DNA from: Pelagomonas calceolata
Lineage: Eukaryota
DNA: 64,000 nucleotides
Assembly: GCA_918797485.1 (NCBI GenBank)
Contig: CAKKNE010000002.1
Location: 5,456,001 to 5,520,000, forward strand
Direction of reading: 5' to 3'
Shown: piece by piece, positions 61,614-64,000 of the stretch
Numbering within the stretch: position 1 is the first letter of the stretch
Layout of the letters: every line of letters starts with the position of its first letter
Notes under the pieces: generated by a model
Databases searched by the model: none
Told to the model about the DNA's origin: nothing
Seen by the model: only the letters and a program-made list of their open reading frames with translations
Translations under genes and position numbers: made by a program

Positions 61614-62807
61614 ATGGCCGACTACTGGCAGCAAAAGGACGCGAGCCGCCCGGAAGACGAGTGGCAGCTGCCGCTCGACCACCCGGACAACCCGGACAAT
61701 CCTGAGTCTCAAGGCAACAAGCTCAAGGCGGCGACCCAGGCGTTGAGCGACCGCCTCGCCCAGGAAAAGCACTCCCTCGGGAAAAGGGATGAACTCATGG
61801 TCTTCACGTACCAGGGCGATTTGGAACGCGTTAGATTTGTTTTGAAGGCGGAGCGCGCCCCGGACATTAACATGCGGGACTTTGGGGGCTATAACCTCGT
61901 GGCGCTGGCGGCGGAGGCCGGCCACGTCGACATTTTGAGGGAGGTGGCCCAAGCCGGCGCGTCCATCGACAATGTGGACTACCGCGGCCACGCGCCGATC
62001 CACCATGCCGCGTTGCACGACCACGTCGAGTGCGCGCACGAACTTGTTCGAAGAAGGGCATCATTGGATGTGAGAGATCGGAGCATGGGCCAGACGGCCT
62101 TGCACCTCGCTTGCAAGGAGGGGCACGACCGTATTTTGAGGTTGTTGTTGGATGGCGGCGCTCGTACGGACTTGAACGATTTTAAAGACAGAAGTTGTCG
62201 CGAAATCGCCGAGTGGTTCGGCCATAGTGAAATTGTGAGAATGTTGGATCTCCATCGACCGAAGGAAGAACGACCAAAGATAGACCAGCTGTACCTCGCT
62301 AATTTGATACCTGAAAGAGCCACAGCACCTCTAGAGCCGTTCAAATTGTTAGATTGGCTCGCGTCCGATCCGGGCCTCGATGTGAAGGACCCGCGGTTGC
62401 TCGAAGCCATGGAACGGCTGCATCGCTCGAAGTATAGGAGTAGATACGCGATCGCGCGGGCCGATCTGAAAGATCTGAGGGAGCTCGGTCTGCGGGGCTC
62501 GGACGCGACGCGCGTGCACAAACGAGCTCTCGCGGAGCTGCCCGACGCTGTCGATGAAGGTGTGTTGGCAGCCAATCAAAAGGTCGAGGACGAGAAGGCT
62601 CGACAAATACTGATGAAAGCGGCGAGCGAGCTGCTGGACACGGAAACAGTTAATGACGAGGCGTCCGTCGCGTCGCAGGCGTCGAAGGCGTCGCAAGCCT
62701 CCAAGGCGTCGCAGCGGAGTATGCGGAGCCGACGACGGTCCGGCGCCCCTTCGCCGCCGCGGCGACGATCTCAGGGTAGTGTGGATGGTAACTTGACGAG
62801 TCTGTAG
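61614..62807 (+). CDS. Ankyrin-repeat protein (possible SAM-like C-terminal domain)
   Basis: APIHHAA, TALHLACKEGH repeats; DLRELGL. Confidence 0.8.
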   Translation: MADYWQQKDASRPEDEWQLPLDHPDNPDNPESQGNKLKAATQALSDRLAQEKHSLGKRDELMVFTYQGDLERVRFVLKAERAPDINMRDFGGYNLVALAAEAGHVDILREVAQAGASIDNVDYRGHAPIHHAALHDHVECAHELVRRRASLDVRDRSMGQTALHLACKEGHDRILRLLLDGGARTDLNDFKDRSCREIAEWFGHSEIVRMLDLHRPKEERPKIDQLYLANLIPERATAPLEPFKLLDWLASDPGLDVKDPRLLEAMERLHRSKYRSRYAIARADLKDLRELGLRGSDATRVHKRALAELPDAVDEGVLAANQKVEDEKARQILMKAASELLDTETVNDEASVASQASKASQASKASQRSMRSRRRSGAPSPPRRRSQGSVDGNLTSL

Positions 62808-62834
62808 AAAACGGACGAATTACCCATAGGAACC

Positions 62835-64000
62835 CTAGGAAGCTTCTTCAAAGTCGAAGCGCACCTTGACGAAGGCCTGGCCCCCGCCCTTTGTCCAGAG
62901 CGTCAGGCTTTCTGAAAGCAGGGGGATGGTCAGGTCGCGCGCGAGCTTGACCTCCTGCACCGGCAGCGACACGTGGCCGAGGTAGTCGTCGCCGGACACG
63001 GTGTCGTCGTCCCAGAATTCTAGAGTGACCACGGCGAGCTCCGGCACGGCGAGAGGAAACGAAAACGTCTCGTTGAACGTAGGAGATTTCGTGTTGTTCG
63101 CCGTCTTCGACTTGCGATGACCACGGTCCTGCTTCGGGCCTCCAGCAATACTGACCACGCAGTAGACGTCGGGCGCCTCCTCCATGCCCCAGCCCTTCGT
63201 CCAGCCTCTCGCACTCTTCAAATTTACTTTCAGCGTCTGCTTGATCGGCAGGGACTGCGTCCTTAAACCGGAAGCGTACTGGTCGAGTTCCTCGAAAGAT
63301 GATTCACGAAGAAACTGGGGCTTGGGCACATACCCACAACCGCCCTTGCGCAGGAAGAAGCCCCAGTTCGTGTACAGGGGGTTATCTTCGGGTGTCACTT
63401 GCATGTTTAGGGCTACAATTTGGCAGCCCGTCGCCCACGCGTCGCTCGGGTCGTAGTTGTCCGACTTGATGCGGTGGCCCGCCGGGTAGACGCGAGCGAG
63501 GGCGCTTCTAGTCCAAGCTTCCATCGCGCCCGGCCGCGCTTCCTCGCTACTTCCGGGCGAGTGTAAGGAGTGCTCGATGGCACTTAGTTCCTTCTTCAGA
63601 CCTTTCTTGACCTTCAAGCCCGCGAGCTTCTTGTGCTTGCGCTCGTTCCAACTGCTGGACGTGACGAAGGGCTCCTTGCCCGTCAATTGAGTAATGGTAA
63701 CGTCTTTCAGGGATTTTGTTTTCGTGTTCCTCACATAGATTAAATCCCGCAGGAAGGTCGCGACCTCCTCTTCCGGAGCCTCCTCCTCTATATTAGCTTT
63801 GGCGGCCTCGAGGTGCTCGGCCAGCGCCTCCTCCTCGTCCTTGCTGCGCCGTTTGTGCTTCTTCGCCACCTTGGCCTCATCCTCGTCGTCCTTGTCCTTG
63901 TCCTTATCGTCGTCCTTGCGCTTGTCGCGAATGATGACCTTACCTTTCAATGACTCCGGCGTAATCAGATCCCCTTCCTTCGGGATGTACAACTTGTCCC
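62835..64000 (-). CDS. Phosphoinositide phospholipase C, 3' part (end of X, Y and C2 domains); runs off the window edge
   Basis: TPESLKGKVII, RVYPAGHRIKSDNYDP, GCQIVALNMQ, GYVPKP, C2 domain. Confidence 0.92.
   Translation of the reverse strand, partial: DKLYIPKEGDLITPESLKGKVIIRDKRKDDDKDKDKDDEDEAKVAKKHKRRSKDEEEALAEHLEAAKANIEEEAPEEEVATFLRDLIYVRNTKTKSLKDVTITQLTGKEPFVTSSSWNERKHKKLAGLKVKKGLKKELSAIEHSLHSPGSSEEARPGAMEAWTRSALARVYPAGHRIKSDNYDPSDAWATGCQIVALNMQVTPEDNPLYTNWGFFLRKGGCGYVPKPQFLRESSFEELDQYASGLRTQSLPIKQTLKVNLKSARGWTKGWGMEEAPDVYCVVSIAGGPKQDRGHRKSKTANNTKSPTFNETFSFPLAVPELAVVTLEFWDDDTVSGDDYLGHVSLPVQEVKLARDLTIPLLSESLTLWTKGGGQAFVKVRFDFEEAS

Overview
GC-rich, gene-dense, intron-poor eukaryotic nuclear DNA with about 45 protein-coding genes, mostly in divergent pairs. 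Plastid-targeting presequences, a RING-CH family fragment, introner-like GC-AG introns and composition point to a pelagophyte alga (Pelagomonas/Aureococcus-like; inferred, not searched). Recognisable genes include nitrilase, CrtISO-like, CtpA, riboflavin kinase, RHL1-like, TenA, RPS20, V-ATPase c'', ASF1, METTL5, SulP and PI-PLC. Main findings: (1) a conserved ~24-bp element, consensus GCTAGCGGCCTGTAAGACACTAGC, found 19 times, always upstream of genes and never between convergent genes; (2) introner-like introns with terminal inverted repeats and 8-bp duplications, with related relics just after stop codons; (3) two genes resembling phage thymine-hypermodification (aGPT-Pplase/AADT) helical domains, one fused to a Tudor-like domain; (4) a WW-AP2-HSF-MBD-like-Tudor-like-Zn-finger regulator; (5) a lipoyl-domain/alpha-beta-hydrolase fusion. 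All calls were made by eye, with no database searches.
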